Shown: positions 45,952 through 55,348 of the stretch, piece by piece | Position numbering within the stretch: the stretch's first letter is position 1 | How the letters are laid out: each line of letters opens with the position of its first letter | IMG/VR virus record: IMGVR_UViG_3300022853_000017 | DNA: 64,000 nt | Reading direction: 5' to 3' (one strand) | Source: an uncultured virus (IMG/VR IMGVR_UViG_3300022853_000017) | Lineage: Duplodnaviria; Heunggongvirae; Uroviricota; Caudoviricetes | Position numbers and translations under genes: made by a program | The notes under the pieces: model-generated | Seen by the model: only the letters and a program-made list of their open reading frames with translations | What the model was told of the DNA's origin: nothing | Database searches by the model: none

Positions 45952-46562
45952 TTTATGTCCTCCAAACTAACGTAAATCTTTTCTTGTGTTTTAACGTGAA
46001 TAATAGGAAATATGTCAATACCAAGAATCGTATCTAACGGAGCTTCGTCATCAAACGCAACTACCTTATCACCCTTCTTAGCAGTTAATTCTTCCTCTTC
46101 ACTATTTAGGATATCATTAACTAGAGTGTACTCCCCTTTAGGTAGCACCTCACCAAATCCAATGACTTCCTCAGAAATTGTGTTGTCTATCTCATATCCT
46201 TCTTCTTTAAGATACTTCATAAACTCTTTCTCAAACATATCAGGGTCATCAACAGATTCCTTGAATGTATCTTTGAGTAGGAATAGGGCAGCAGCATAGG
46301 TTCCCAACTTAGTTCTAAGTCCGGGCACCTTGCCAAAAATCTTTTTGATGTTGAATACTAGTTTGTGGAGAACTGTGTATGCAGATCGCATCTCATCACC
46401 TATGAGTTGGGTGGGTTGCATACCACGGGAAACAGTCTTCTCCATGATACGATTACCATCTGCATCAATAATACCCAGCTTAAATGCTGGCATATTATCA
46501 AATGGTGTCACAAGTAGTTTTATGAATCTGTATGTAACAAATAAATCTATCGCTCTTCCCAT
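45948..46562 (-). CDS. conserved T4-like hypothetical protein
   Basis: DLFVTYRFIKLLVTPF...AFKLGIID...YTVLHKLVFNIK. Confidence 0.75.
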   Translation of the reverse strand: MGRAIDLFVTYRFIKLLVTPFDNMPAFKLGIIDADGNRIMEKTVSRGMQPTQLIGDEMRSAYTVLHKLVFNIKKIFGKVPGLRTKLGTYAAALFLLKDTFKESVDDPDMFEKEFMKYLKEEGYEIDNTISEEVIGFGEVLPKGEYTLVNDILNSEEEELTAKKGDKVVAFDDEAPLDTILGIDIFPIIHVKTQEKIYVSLEDIK

Positions 46563-46924
46563 TAGATTTCCCTTAATGTTTCTAAAACGTAATTGTCAGA
46601 TTCAATATCTGACAATTCATCTTCTCTAATCATATTTAGGAAAATTAGAAATGACTTCAAGACACCAAGGTATTCTTTTTGTGTCCTAAAGAGAAGAAGG
46701 GTGACACAAGCCTCAGTTCCAAAAAGGTTCCTGAGAATGATGATATGATTGAGAAGCAACCGTTCTTTAAGTTGTCCCCCCAATGAATACTTTTTAAAAA
46801 GACGTTTAATATACTTAAACCTCTTCATATCATCGTGAAACTCTTTTTCCCCTTCACACTGTGGATTGTTATAATGTTTAATAGCATACATTACAAAATT
46901 GTTAGTAGTTATATTTTCATACAT
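46562..46924 (-). CDS. conserved T4-like hypothetical protein
   Basis: YAIKHYNNPQC...EF.DD.KRFKYIKRL...LKERLLLNHII. Confidence 0.78.
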   Translation of the reverse strand: MYENITTNNFVMYAIKHYNNPQCEGEKEFHDDMKRFKYIKRLFKKYSLGGQLKERLLLNHIIILRNLFGTEACVTLLLFRTQKEYLGVLKSFLIFLNMIREDELSDIESDNYVLETLREI

Positions 46925-46925
46925 T

Positions 46926-47363
46926 CTATTTAATAGAAGCAGTTAACCTACATGAATTATCCTCTTGCATTTCATAACCCAGCACCAGACTTAAACCACC
47001 CTCTACCTGATGAGAGATGCCGTCATCTGCTTCAAACTCATCATATGGAGTGTCCAAACCTTTACCGAAGCGACCGCCAAAACTGGTCAAGGGTAAATCG
47101 TAAGAACCACTTTCACCTTCCATCATAGGGACTTCATCAAATGTCAGTCCAATTTTACTTAGAGAACTTCTCAATCTACTAACAACCATCTCTGGGATCA
47201 TTGTTCCGTCTATTGTAGCTCTTGCTACCGTACCAACAAAAGAATTAAGCGCCCGTACAACTCTGGGGTCAGAATAATTGCCCGTTGGGATATCTTGATT
47301 TAGAGAAGCAATAGTTGTCTGAAATGTGGCTTCATCTAATGCGAATTTTTTAAATGTTTTCAT
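46926..47363 (-). CDS. hypothetical protein with capsid-targeting-like N-terminus
   Basis: MKTFKKFALDE; FGGRFGK. Confidence 0.65.
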   Translation of the reverse strand: MKTFKKFALDEATFQTTIASLNQDIPTGNYSDPRVVRALNSFVGTVARATIDGTMIPEMVVSRLRSSLSKIGLTFDEVPMMEGESGSYDLPLTSFGGRFGKGLDTPYDEFEADDGISHQVEGGLSLVLGYEMQEDNSCRLTASIK

Positions 47364-47512
47364 TTTTCTTCTTCCTTCGGTTCTACGTCACAGGGATAAT
47401 GATCTCTAATTTGTTCTTCAAGAAATTTAGGTTCTTCTTTCTTCTTAGTAAAAACTTTGGTAACAGGTTCTACCACCTTACCCCAATTAACCTCTGATAA
47501 AACTTCAACCAT
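47360..47512 (-). CDS. small hypothetical protein
   Basis: MVEVLSEVNWG...; GGAG RBS. Confidence 0.5.
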   Translation of the reverse strand: MVEVLSEVNWGKVVEPVTKVFTKKKEEPKFLEEQIRDHYPCDVEPKEEEK

Positions 47513-47537
47513 TAAATTCTCCCATTCGTAAAAATGA

Positions 47538-47557
47538 TGGGGGGGACAAGCCCCCCA
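47538..47557 (-). terminator. probable terminator hairpin
   Basis: G/C-run stem with short loop downstream of 47576-48052; weak U-tract. Confidence 0.5.
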
Positions 47558-47575
47558 CACCAAAGTATTACACTA

Positions 47576-48052
47576 TTAAGTAAGTGCTGGACCTGTACCA
47601 AGATCACCCACAACATTTGTAGCATGAGCAACCCAATACCAAGCAGCACCTGTCCAGAGACAAGTTGCACTTTCACCAATTGCATCAAACGTGGCAATAT
47701 TACCTGCACCACCTGGCGTGGTCAGGGTAACTGTAGGTGGATTCGTTACTGCTTCTGTAGCAATAAACGTGTGAAGCTGACCTGTAACTGTACCATCAGC
47801 CAAGGTAACTGCACAAGCTACATCTGCACCACCAAGAAGATGAATGCCCTTTGTAAGTGTAGCTGCACCATTAACAATGATGGTTTCTACGGTGTTGGTT
47901 GCAAGAGGAACCGGATTAAGGTTCAAAAAGTTTGCAACGGAAATTTTCTTATTGATTGGTGTTCCCGTAGGATCATCAATCACATGTAGTAGATCACCAG
48001 ACGCAATTCCAGTGGAAAGGTCTGTGAGAGCTGTAATTTTCTTATCTGCCAT
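47576..48052 (-). CDS. virion structural / fibre-like protein
   Basis: [10 protein letters not shown]...GDLLHVIDD...NKKISV; LADGT..GQ. Confidence 0.7.
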   Translation of the reverse strand: MADKKITALTDLSTGIASGDLLHVIDDPTGTPINKKISVANFLNLNPVPLATNTVETIIVNGAATLTKGIHLLGGADVACAVTLADGTVTGQLHTFIATEAVTNPPTVTLTTPGGAGNIATFDAIGESATCLWTGAAWYWVAHATNVVGDLGTGPALT

Positions 48053-48105
48053 TTTAGCTTCTCCTTATATTAACCCACTTAATTGTGGGAATGTTACTGT
48101 AGATA

Positions 48106-48339
48106 TTAATCCTCTTCTGAACTATTCTCTACATCACTAACAGTTGAATCTTCAACTGCTTCATCATCATCTAACTCTTTGATGAAGGCGTCACACTGTT
48201 GAAATGCACCCATTAGTGCGTTCAACAGTGCTTGGTCTTCAGCAATCTTCTTTTGCGCTTCGGCAATACGTCCCCGAACCGCTTCGATATCTTTCGAAAT
48301 AACTAGTTTGCGTTCATTAATTTTTTCAATATCAATCAT
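48106..48339 (-). CDS. small coiled-coil protein
   Basis: Heptad-rich, LNALMGAFQQCD, acidic tail. Confidence 0.6.
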   Translation of the reverse strand: MIDIEKINERKLVISKDIEAVRGRIAEAQKKIAEDQALLNALMGAFQQCDAFIKELDDDEAVEDSTVSDVENSSEED

Positions 48340-48383
48340 AATTTTCCTTTCACTTTTCAATTATATATAGTTATTTATAACAC

Positions 48384-49340
48384 TTATGCAGCAGTAACAG
48401 TTACACCATTTAACACAGAAGCAGTACCACTGGATGATCCAGCCTGTGTGTATACGGCAATATCGCTGGTATAGTCTTCCATGTCGAATGGATCATTTAC
48501 ATTTGCAGCAGTATCTTGTACAAGTCTACCACCTTGATGACCGTCTGTATCACCCTCAAGAGAAATATTAACATCAGCATCGCCGCCTGTCATTGTCAGG
48601 TCAGTAATGTCAGCCGTTCCTGTTACGCCCGCAATTGTGAAGTCTACTGATTCCATGAGTATTTCATCACCAGCGTTAGCAGCAGTATCTTGAACAAGCT
48701 TGTCGCCGGGTGTATCTCTTGTTCCTGATTCTAGCATCAGTCCAAGAATCGACCCGCCATCCTCTTCTGCGAGATTCGCAGTACCGTCAAAAATAATTGC
48801 ATTTCTTCCTTCACCAGCGGTATCACCAACACCAGCACCATTAAATGCAAGAAATCCAGCCGTCGAAGTAGTCAAAGTACCTCTGAACGTGATTTTGTTA
48901 GTGCCCGATCCAGAGTAGTAAGAACACATAACAGTACTATCTTCGACCATATCAGTTGAACCCAAACGAGACAGTAAAATATATGCTTTGTTAGTAACAG
49001 TCTGATTTGCAGCCCAAGCAGCTGACGTTACATCAATTGCTTCATCGAAAGTAATTGAAATGTCAAATGTTCCAGCGTCAGCAACTGCTCCTTCTGAAAA
49101 TCCGATTGATACTGGTGTAGCAGAACCAAAAACTTCTGCTAGGTTACTAATACAGACCAGAACTTCAGGTTGCGCATCTTTGTTATCATTACCCGAAGCT
49201 GCAAGGCCAGGAGATAAACCCCAACCACCAGCAACAGCAATGGCATTTTCTCTCGCTCCGCCTGATCCAGCAGCATTTGAATCCAGTGGTAGGAACTTGG
49301 GTCGGCTTTCCGCCGATGTACTTGATCCCCATAAGCTCAT
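48384..49340 (-). CDS. virion structural protein (acidic, Ig-like)
   Basis: MSLWG...PKFL; TFDEAIDV, Y.SGSGTNKITF; duplicated LVQDTAAN; late promoter. Confidence 0.7.
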   Translation of the reverse strand: MSLWGSSTSAESRPKFLPLDSNAAGSGGARENAIAVAGGWGLSPGLAASGNDNKDAQPEVLVCISNLAEVFGSATPVSIGFSEGAVADAGTFDISITFDEAIDVTSAAWAANQTVTNKAYILLSRLGSTDMVEDSTVMCSYYSGSGTNKITFRGTLTTSTAGFLAFNGAGVGDTAGEGRNAIIFDGTANLAEEDGGSILGLMLESGTRDTPGDKLVQDTAANAGDEILMESVDFTIAGVTGTADITDLTMTGGDADVNISLEGDTDGHQGGRLVQDTAANVNDPFDMEDYTSDIAVYTQAGSSSGTASVLNGVTVTAA

Positions 49341-49430
49341 TTTATTCTCCTCTATTCTTCTAGGTAGGAGGCAGAAATGTAAGTATCTCTGCTTTATTCG
49401 TCCCAGAATCTATTATTATTTCTATTTATA

Positions 49431-49955
49431 CTATTTAAAACCCAGACGTTTCAATTCAGCAATGGTTTTACCCACTTCTGTGTGGTAAACACCAATACCA
49501 CCCTTTGCTTCCCACTGGGTAATATTTTTCAGATAATCATCAATCAATACGTTTGGTTTCCCATCAGTCATTGCGAATTTCTGTTTATCTTCCCGTTTTA
49601 CCAGATTAGTTTTACCACGTTTAATTCTGGTATTCTTACTTAACCACTTCAACTTTCCCGGCCGAGCATTAACATCACGACCTGATGCTGCGGAGAGAAT
49701 GTGAGGATCATACTTAGCAATAAACGAATACAATCGTTTTGCCCCTGGCATCCAATCAAGATTTGCCCAGAAATCCTTTGTGTTTTTAATCGCTTCCCAG
49801 CGGTCATCCTTTTCAGCCTGTGCAAAAGGCATACCAATTACCTCCTCAGCACCACCGATAAAGTCAACGAGAACCTGATCCATATCACAATAGATTTCTG
49901 GAAGATCGTCCTTAGATGCTTCCATTAACTCCAACAAATTTTTCATTTCAGTCAA
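49431..49955 (-). CDS. HAD-family 5'(3')-deoxyribonucleotidase-like protein
   Basis: IYCDMDQVLVDF, FWANL.WMPGA, LIDDY..N..QW...GG.G. Confidence 0.88.
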   Translation of the reverse strand: MTEMKNLLELMEASKDDLPEIYCDMDQVLVDFIGGAEEVIGMPFAQAEKDDRWEAIKNTKDFWANLDWMPGAKRLYSFIAKYDPHILSAASGRDVNARPGKLKWLSKNTRIKRGKTNLVKREDKQKFAMTDGKPNVLIDDYLKNITQWEAKGGIGVYHTEVGKTIAELKRLGFK

Positions 49956-50607
49956 TCTTAGGTTTTGTATCTACTTTAGCAACTTTTCCACCTGTCATGG
50001 TCTTTGAACCTTTAACGGGTTTGAGCTCCTCATCTTCTTCATCATACTCTTCTTTAGAAGTTTTGTCAAGTTTTTTCTCATCCAAACCCCAAATTTTTGC
50101 AAGTGCTTCCTTCATTGAAGCAACCTTGAAGTCACGGGCTTGTGCCCACTCAGGGTCAGTCTCGCCGGGGGTGACATCCAATGCATAGTCACGATAGCGA
50201 TTTGTGCCGACTTCCATTGCGGGAATATCTTCTGGTACTGCGAAACCTTCTTTTACTGGGTATGTCTTACCAGCAACCACGAAAGTTTTTTCACCCTTGT
50301 CTTTGGCAGCCTTTAGTGCCATTCCAAATTCGTTACCTTCGTCCTTTACTGCCTTAGATACTGCCTTGCGGCGATTGTGAAGATACTTATCAGAATCATC
50401 AGTGTCACCATCGTTGTCAATATCCTTGTCCTTGCGGTCATCAAACTTCTTCTTGACTGCTTTGGGTTGAACAGCGTCCAGACCCTCACCGTCATCAGAT
50501 TTGTTGTTCTTGTTGGTTTCTGCAACCTTCTTGGCTGCTTCTGTCCAAACACCCAGAATCGAAGATTCAAGGGTTTCGGCCTTTGTATCAAAATATTTCT
50601 TACCCAT
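49948..50607 (-). CDS. acidic/basic modular protein (putative internal head protein)
   Basis: DKDIDNDGDTDDSDKYLHNRRKAV; EVGT..Y...TPGE. Confidence 0.6.
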   Translation of the reverse strand: MGKKYFDTKAETLESSILGVWTEAAKKVAETNKNNKSDDGEGLDAVQPKAVKKKFDDRKDKDIDNDGDTDDSDKYLHNRRKAVSKAVKDEGNEFGMALKAAKDKGEKTFVVAGKTYPVKEGFAVPEDIPAMEVGTNRYRDYALDVTPGETDPEWAQARDFKVASMKEALAKIWGLDEKKLDKTSKEEYDEEDEELKPVKGSKTMTGGKVAKVDTKPKID

Positions 50608-52195
50608 GTTTATTCTCCTTGATTTTTCTATTCATCCGTTCTAGGATTGATTCTTTTTTGGGTTGTAGTTCTTCTTTTAGTGCAGACAACATATCTTTAT
50701 AAGATTTACCAATTCGTGCTTGGAATTTCTCTTTATCTGCGGGCCTCTTCTGTGCATTGTATTTCTGTTGAACCGCCACAGATATGGGTGCAGAAACTTT
50801 AACCTTCTTACCATCTGCAAATTCAACATCAAAGCGACCTTTCAATGATTGCGCCTTTCTCAATTGCATCATGATATTCTTTGATGCACCTTTGATATCA
50901 TCATCACTTGCATCGTCATCATCATCAGCACTATCTTTACGAGAGAAGTCTTTATCCTTCGCCATCGCACGGCGAGCATCAGATGCAGCACTTTCCTCTA
51001 CATCCTCTGGGTGATGACTGCTCATAAGTGACTTGATTGTTTTTACATCAAGGCCCATGATTTTCGCAATCTCTTCTGCACTCTTCTTGTCTTTGATATG
51101 CTGGTGCAACTGGGACATCTTACCTTCATCAAGGTCAGATTCTTCAGCCAAGGTCCAACCTTTTTTCAGATACTTATCTTGGTCCTTCTTGTCAATGACT
51201 ATAACTTTACCACCCTTAGAAACCATCGTTTCTTTCTTGGGGTCTTTTAGTTGACGAGCTTCATCAAGGTCAGCTTCTTCTTTATTTAATTTATCAAAAT
51301 TCTTTTTAAGAAAAGCATTTGCCTTATCTATGTCCTTAAAAGATTTCACAATTTTTCCAGAAGCACTCATAACATGCTTGCCATCACGATCAGATGAAAC
51401 GAATGGTTTTTGTCCTTCATCAAGGTCAACTTCTTCTGTAATTTTGTTCTTTGCAAAATAATCGGCCATTGCTTGAGCATCTTTAAAAGACTTTTGACCC
51501 TTCTCACCTTTGATACTTACGAAGAAACTATCTGCACCCCTATCAAAGTCAGCAGTTCCAACTACCTTACCCTTATGCATGATGTTAATGCTATCGCCAT
51601 CTTTGGTTACTTTATACTGACCCTTACCCCCATGAGCAAGAACCTGTTTTGTGCCTTCGTCAAATATTTGTGCAATAACTTGGTCCTGAGCATGGTCTTC
51701 GTCAAATTCAACTTCTTCATTGATTTTATCCGTATCATATACATTGATGCGCCCATCTGGAAGTTTTACATCAGCAACACCTAATGTTTGTCCCTTACCG
51801 ACATTTGTTATAACACCAGAAACCACCTTACCCTTATCTTTAACTTTGACCTTTTGACCAACCTTTAACGCTTCATCAAGGTCAACTTCTTCTTCAATCT
51901 CTGGGTCATTTTCAGACTTAACCTGTTTCATTGCAAAATCTTGCAATTTCATCATGCCGCCCTTGGTGCCTTTATTGATCATATCTGCCATCTTTTTCTG
52001 ATTAGCAGGATTGACCTTATCAAAAACTTTCATAATGGCAGATGCAGTAAATGAATCCATCTTTAAATTACCGTCTTTCATTTTGACAGTCTGCATTGCA
52101 CCACCGGCTGCTTTACGCATCAGCTCCATGTTATCCTCATTAATAGGATACATCTCTCTGATTGCTTGAGCCATTGTTTTTCTATAATTTGACAT
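50600..52195 (-). CDS. modular polyprotein with EExDLDE junctions (putative internal head protein)
   Basis: Five EE(V/A/S)(D/E)(L/F)DE linkers separating short Lys-rich modules; late promoter 52222-52229. Confidence 0.7.
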   Translation of the reverse strand: MSNYRKTMAQAIREMYPINEDNMELMRKAAGGAMQTVKMKDGNLKMDSFTASAIMKVFDKVNPANQKKMADMINKGTKGGMMKLQDFAMKQVKSENDPEIEEEVDLDEALKVGQKVKVKDKGKVVSGVITNVGKGQTLGVADVKLPDGRINVYDTDKINEEVEFDEDHAQDQVIAQIFDEGTKQVLAHGGKGQYKVTKDGDSINIMHKGKVVGTADFDRGADSFFVSIKGEKGQKSFKDAQAMADYFAKNKITEEVDLDEGQKPFVSSDRDGKHVMSASGKIVKSFKDIDKANAFLKKNFDKLNKEEADLDEARQLKDPKKETMVSKGGKVIVIDKKDQDKYLKKGWTLAEESDLDEGKMSQLHQHIKDKKSAEEIAKIMGLDVKTIKSLMSSHHPEDVEESAASDARRAMAKDKDFSRKDSADDDDDASDDDIKGASKNIMMQLRKAQSLKGRFDVEFADGKKVKVSAPISVAVQQKYNAQKRPADKEKFQARIGKSYKDMLSALKEELQPKKESILERMNRKIKENKHG

Positions 52196-53953
52196 ATCGG
52201 CGTTCCTTTTTTGTTGTCTTCTATTTATAAGTTACCATGCTTTGCATGACCAATATCTTGCCATCCATTTCGGACCCGGATTATCGCAATTGTGTCTAGC
52301 ACGGAAAGATTTACGTCTTGCCGGATTACTCTTTTTAATTGTCATATTTGGATCACCAAAATTAACCTTTACGACATTACCCTTTTCATTCTTAACATAA
52401 ACTTTAGACTTCTTTACATCACCCGCTGTGGGTTTATTGAGCGTAACCTTACGGCCTTGATACTCTGATTCTTCCTCAATCTCGCCCCACTCATTTAATT
52501 CTTTCTCTTCTGGTACACAATTAGGGACTTCTTTATTGCCCTTCTTTTTCATACCAACCTGTTTGTATCCAACCCAACAAGCTTCTTCTATCTGTTCCAC
52601 CTGTTTTGCAAGGTCTTTGTCTGCCTTACCCCAAGTTCCAGCTGACTTGGTTGTGAAGGAGTTAACCCTTGCAAATGCCCACTGTTGAGGTGTAGTACCG
52701 GGACGATGGCCCGTCTTCCATGCAGCCATACCACGGTCATAAACCTTTTTCAAAATAGAATATGACATACCAGATTTCTCTGACTTCTTTACCAAACCTG
52801 CAATCTTTTCGTCAAGTTCAACTTCTTCATTCTTTGAGAGGTATGCAGCAATAGCCATGTCCTTGCGTTTCTCTTTAGACTTACCCTTAAACTGTGGTGC
52901 ATCTGACTTCTCGAAATCATCGATATAGTCTCCCTGATCTGCATCATCAGGAAGCACTTCACCAAACATCTGTTTGAACTTCTTGGTGTGTGTAGAGGGT
53001 TTGGTTTCTGCATCAGCATCGCCGGGAGCAGGACCAACCTTCTTTGATTTGAAGTGTGCATCCCTCTTGTCTTTAGTAGACTTTGCCATATCACCAGCAT
53101 AATACTTTGCTGGTTGTGTGCCCTTCTTATCATCAACATCTTTATCTTGTTTAACTTCATTAATCTGTTTAACTAGGTCAGAAAAGGTCTGCATTGTTTT
53201 TTCCTCTTGATATTCTGCCTTGAGTTCTTTGGGGAGCTTACCATCATCAACCAGTTTGTTGATATACTGAACAAGTTTTCTACCGTCCTGACCCTTATAA
53301 TCATTGGCAATCCTTGCTGCGATATAAGAAGCAGTCTTGTTTTTTAGTTCTGGTTTTTTCATATCAGACATATATTGTTTGAGCATTTTTTCATAATCTT
53401 TAGGGTGGTTCAATTGACTAATTTTTGCTATTGCTACTTTATACCATGCTTCATCAAGTTCAACTTCTTCTGCAATCTTAACAGACATAAAATCAGGCAT
53501 CTGATCTAGAAAAACCGCAAATCCACCTCTCTTTTTAGTATCATGATATATGAGATGTGCTTTGCGACCTTTGCTGGTTTTTGTAATCTTCTGAACAACC
53601 ATTTTGTCAGATTCTGCTGGAAATGTCTTCTTTGGGTCTATAACCCCAGCCACCCTATATGGACGTTTTGATTTAGAAAGAATAATGGTATCGCCCTTAT
53701 TAATATCAGGTGCTTTTACCTCACGCAACCGTGGTTCCCTGCGATTCTTTGATGGGTCTTCATTGCGTAGGTTCTCAGGAGAGTTGTTCAGTGGGTTATT
53801 GTCCTTATGTCCAACGTCCATACCCTTAACTGCCTTATCACCCATTGCCCTACGAGCCTTGTTCCTTGAAGAACGGCGGGCAATCTGTTCTGGTTTGCCT
53901 CCGTAGTTCGCATATTCCTTGGCATAGTTGCGCTCATCAAGTTCAACACCCTC
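51124..53953 (-). repeat. dispersed 22-bp repeat CTTCATCAAGGTCAACTTCTTC (+ strand) encoding EEVDLDE
   Basis: Copies at 51124, 51259, 51415, 51697, 51871, 52807, 53449 and a degenerate one at 53932. Confidence 0.85.
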
Positions 53954-55348
53954 AATGATCTTATAACCCCTCTTCTCAAACTTGTCAATTTCATCAGTGG
54001 GCACGTTCATGGTTGTCATCATACCAGACTTCTTCATACGAACCCACTCCGGTGTAGGTTTATCCTTAAAGATGGGGGGTTTCCCGACAGCAACTCTAGA
54101 CTTATCAAAATCTTTTAATTTTTGCAGGGGAGACTTTGCTTCTTTCATAGAAAAGATTTGTCCTGTAGGACCACTCATTTGTTTTCCACCAACAAGGTCT
54201 TCAAACGATAGTTTGGGGCCAGAAGTCTTGAAGTCTTTCTTACGCATAACTGTTTTTGCAACCAACTCTAATTCATTACCTTTGAGGTTGAGAACAAAAG
54301 GCACATTTACGTCAGTCTTCATGTCATTGATAACTGCTTCAGCATCAGGACCAAGTTGAGCAATCTTCTTACCATATTTCTTAAATGATTGTTTGAACAG
54401 ACGGGTCAATTCAGAAGTGGTAATATCTTTCTTATTACGGGCATCATTCACACGGTCAAGGAAGTGTCTTGTAAACTCTACATCAATACCAACCGCAGCA
54501 AACAATCTATCTGCGAATTTCTCTACTTGATCCAAGTCTCTCTTGGTGATTTCCTCTACCAAAATCTCATGAAGCCATGCCTTATGAACCTTACCGTCCT
54601 CAGTCACGAATGAGAGATAGTTTGTACCCTTACGAACAACTTCACCACGATTACCCTTGGCTTCTACAATCTCACCCACGTTCCAGATTTTACCTGTGAG
54701 ATATGCATCACGCAAGGAATCATAGTCTTCGCCCATTGCACGTTCTTCACGAATACCCATATTCTTACGAACTTCAAAGTAAAGCTTCTTCTTATCAGCA
54801 TCACCCAATGTAGCAGGAATACCTGTCTTGAAGGAATCAAAGTCACCTTTCTCAGCAGCTGCTCTCATCTTAGATGCAGACATACCTGATACACCTTCAG
54901 CATCAGGATCACGTTCCCCCGCACTAACCACTTTCACGGAATCAAACTTGAAGAGTTGATTACCCTTCTTATCAGGTGCATCATTATAACGAGTTAATAG
55001 AGTTTCAAATTCTTTCAAGCGGTCAGAACCAGCAACCATGATTAGGTTCTTGTATCCATCCTTGTAGAGTTTTTCTGCAATATGAATAGCAGTCTTGGCA
55101 TTATTGTCTGCAATGATGTTTTTCTTATACTTGGGGAACATCTTTCTCATCCATGCAACTTTCTTTGCATGGGGCAGGGGGTCTTTAGGACCAGTAGTGT
55201 GAGAGGGGTATATGAAGAATGGATTGCCTTTTGCAACAGAAGCAACCTTCTCAATCAACTTCTCATGACCCGTTGTAGGTGGATTGAATCTTCCGAATCC
55301 GAATACTACGGTTTCTTTAGCCTCTGTTAATTCTCTAAAACTACGCAT
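52232..55348 (-). CDS. cytidylyltransferase-like N-terminal domain plus modular polyprotein
   Basis: FGRFNPPTTGHEKL (HxGH), AGSDR, SAGERDPD...MSASKMR; later HNH-like DVGHKDNNPLNN and C-terminal RRKSFRARHNC...RYWSC. Confidence 0.85.
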   Translation of the reverse strand: MRSFRELTEAKETVVFGFGRFNPPTTGHEKLIEKVASVAKGNPFFIYPSHTTGPKDPLPHAKKVAWMRKMFPKYKKNIIADNNAKTAIHIAEKLYKDGYKNLIMVAGSDRLKEFETLLTRYNDAPDKKGNQLFKFDSVKVVSAGERDPDAEGVSGMSASKMRAAAEKGDFDSFKTGIPATLGDADKKKLYFEVRKNMGIREERAMGEDYDSLRDAYLTGKIWNVGEIVEAKGNRGEVVRKGTNYLSFVTEDGKVHKAWLHEILVEEITKRDLDQVEKFADRLFAAVGIDVEFTRHFLDRVNDARNKKDITTSELTRLFKQSFKKYGKKIAQLGPDAEAVINDMKTDVNVPFVLNLKGNELELVAKTVMRKKDFKTSGPKLSFEDLVGGKQMSGPTGQIFSMKEAKSPLQKLKDFDKSRVAVGKPPIFKDKPTPEWVRMKKSGMMTTMNVPTDEIDKFEKRGYKIIEGVELDERNYAKEYANYGGKPEQIARRSSRNKARRAMGDKAVKGMDVGHKDNNPLNNSPENLRNEDPSKNRREPRLREVKAPDINKGDTIILSKSKRPYRVAGVIDPKKTFPAESDKMVVQKITKTSKGRKAHLIYHDTKKRGGFAVFLDQMPDFMSVKIAEEVELDEAWYKVAIAKISQLNHPKDYEKMLKQYMSDMKKPELKNKTASYIAARIANDYKGQDGRKLVQYINKLVDDGKLPKELKAEYQEEKTMQTFSDLVKQINEVKQDKDVDDKKGTQPAKYYAGDMAKSTKDKRDAHFKSKKVGPAPGDADAETKPSTHTKKFKQMFGEVLPDDADQGDYIDDFEKSDAPQFKGKSKEKRKDMAIAAYLSKNEEVELDEKIAGLVKKSEKSGMSYSILKKVYDRGMAAWKTGHRPGTTPQQWAFARVNSFTTKSAGTWGKADKDLAKQVEQIEEACWVGYKQVGMKKKGNKEVPNCVPEEKELNEWGEIEEESEYQGRKVTLNKPTAGDVKKSKVYVKNEKGNVVKVNFGDPNMTIKKSNPARRKSFRARHNCDNPGPKWMARYWSCKAW

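Noticed and set aside
51124..51892. CRISPR array (regular ~22-bp repeats with unique spacers)
   Set aside because: Spacers are over 100 bp and uneven, all in frame within one ORF; repeats are not palindromic; no cas genes.
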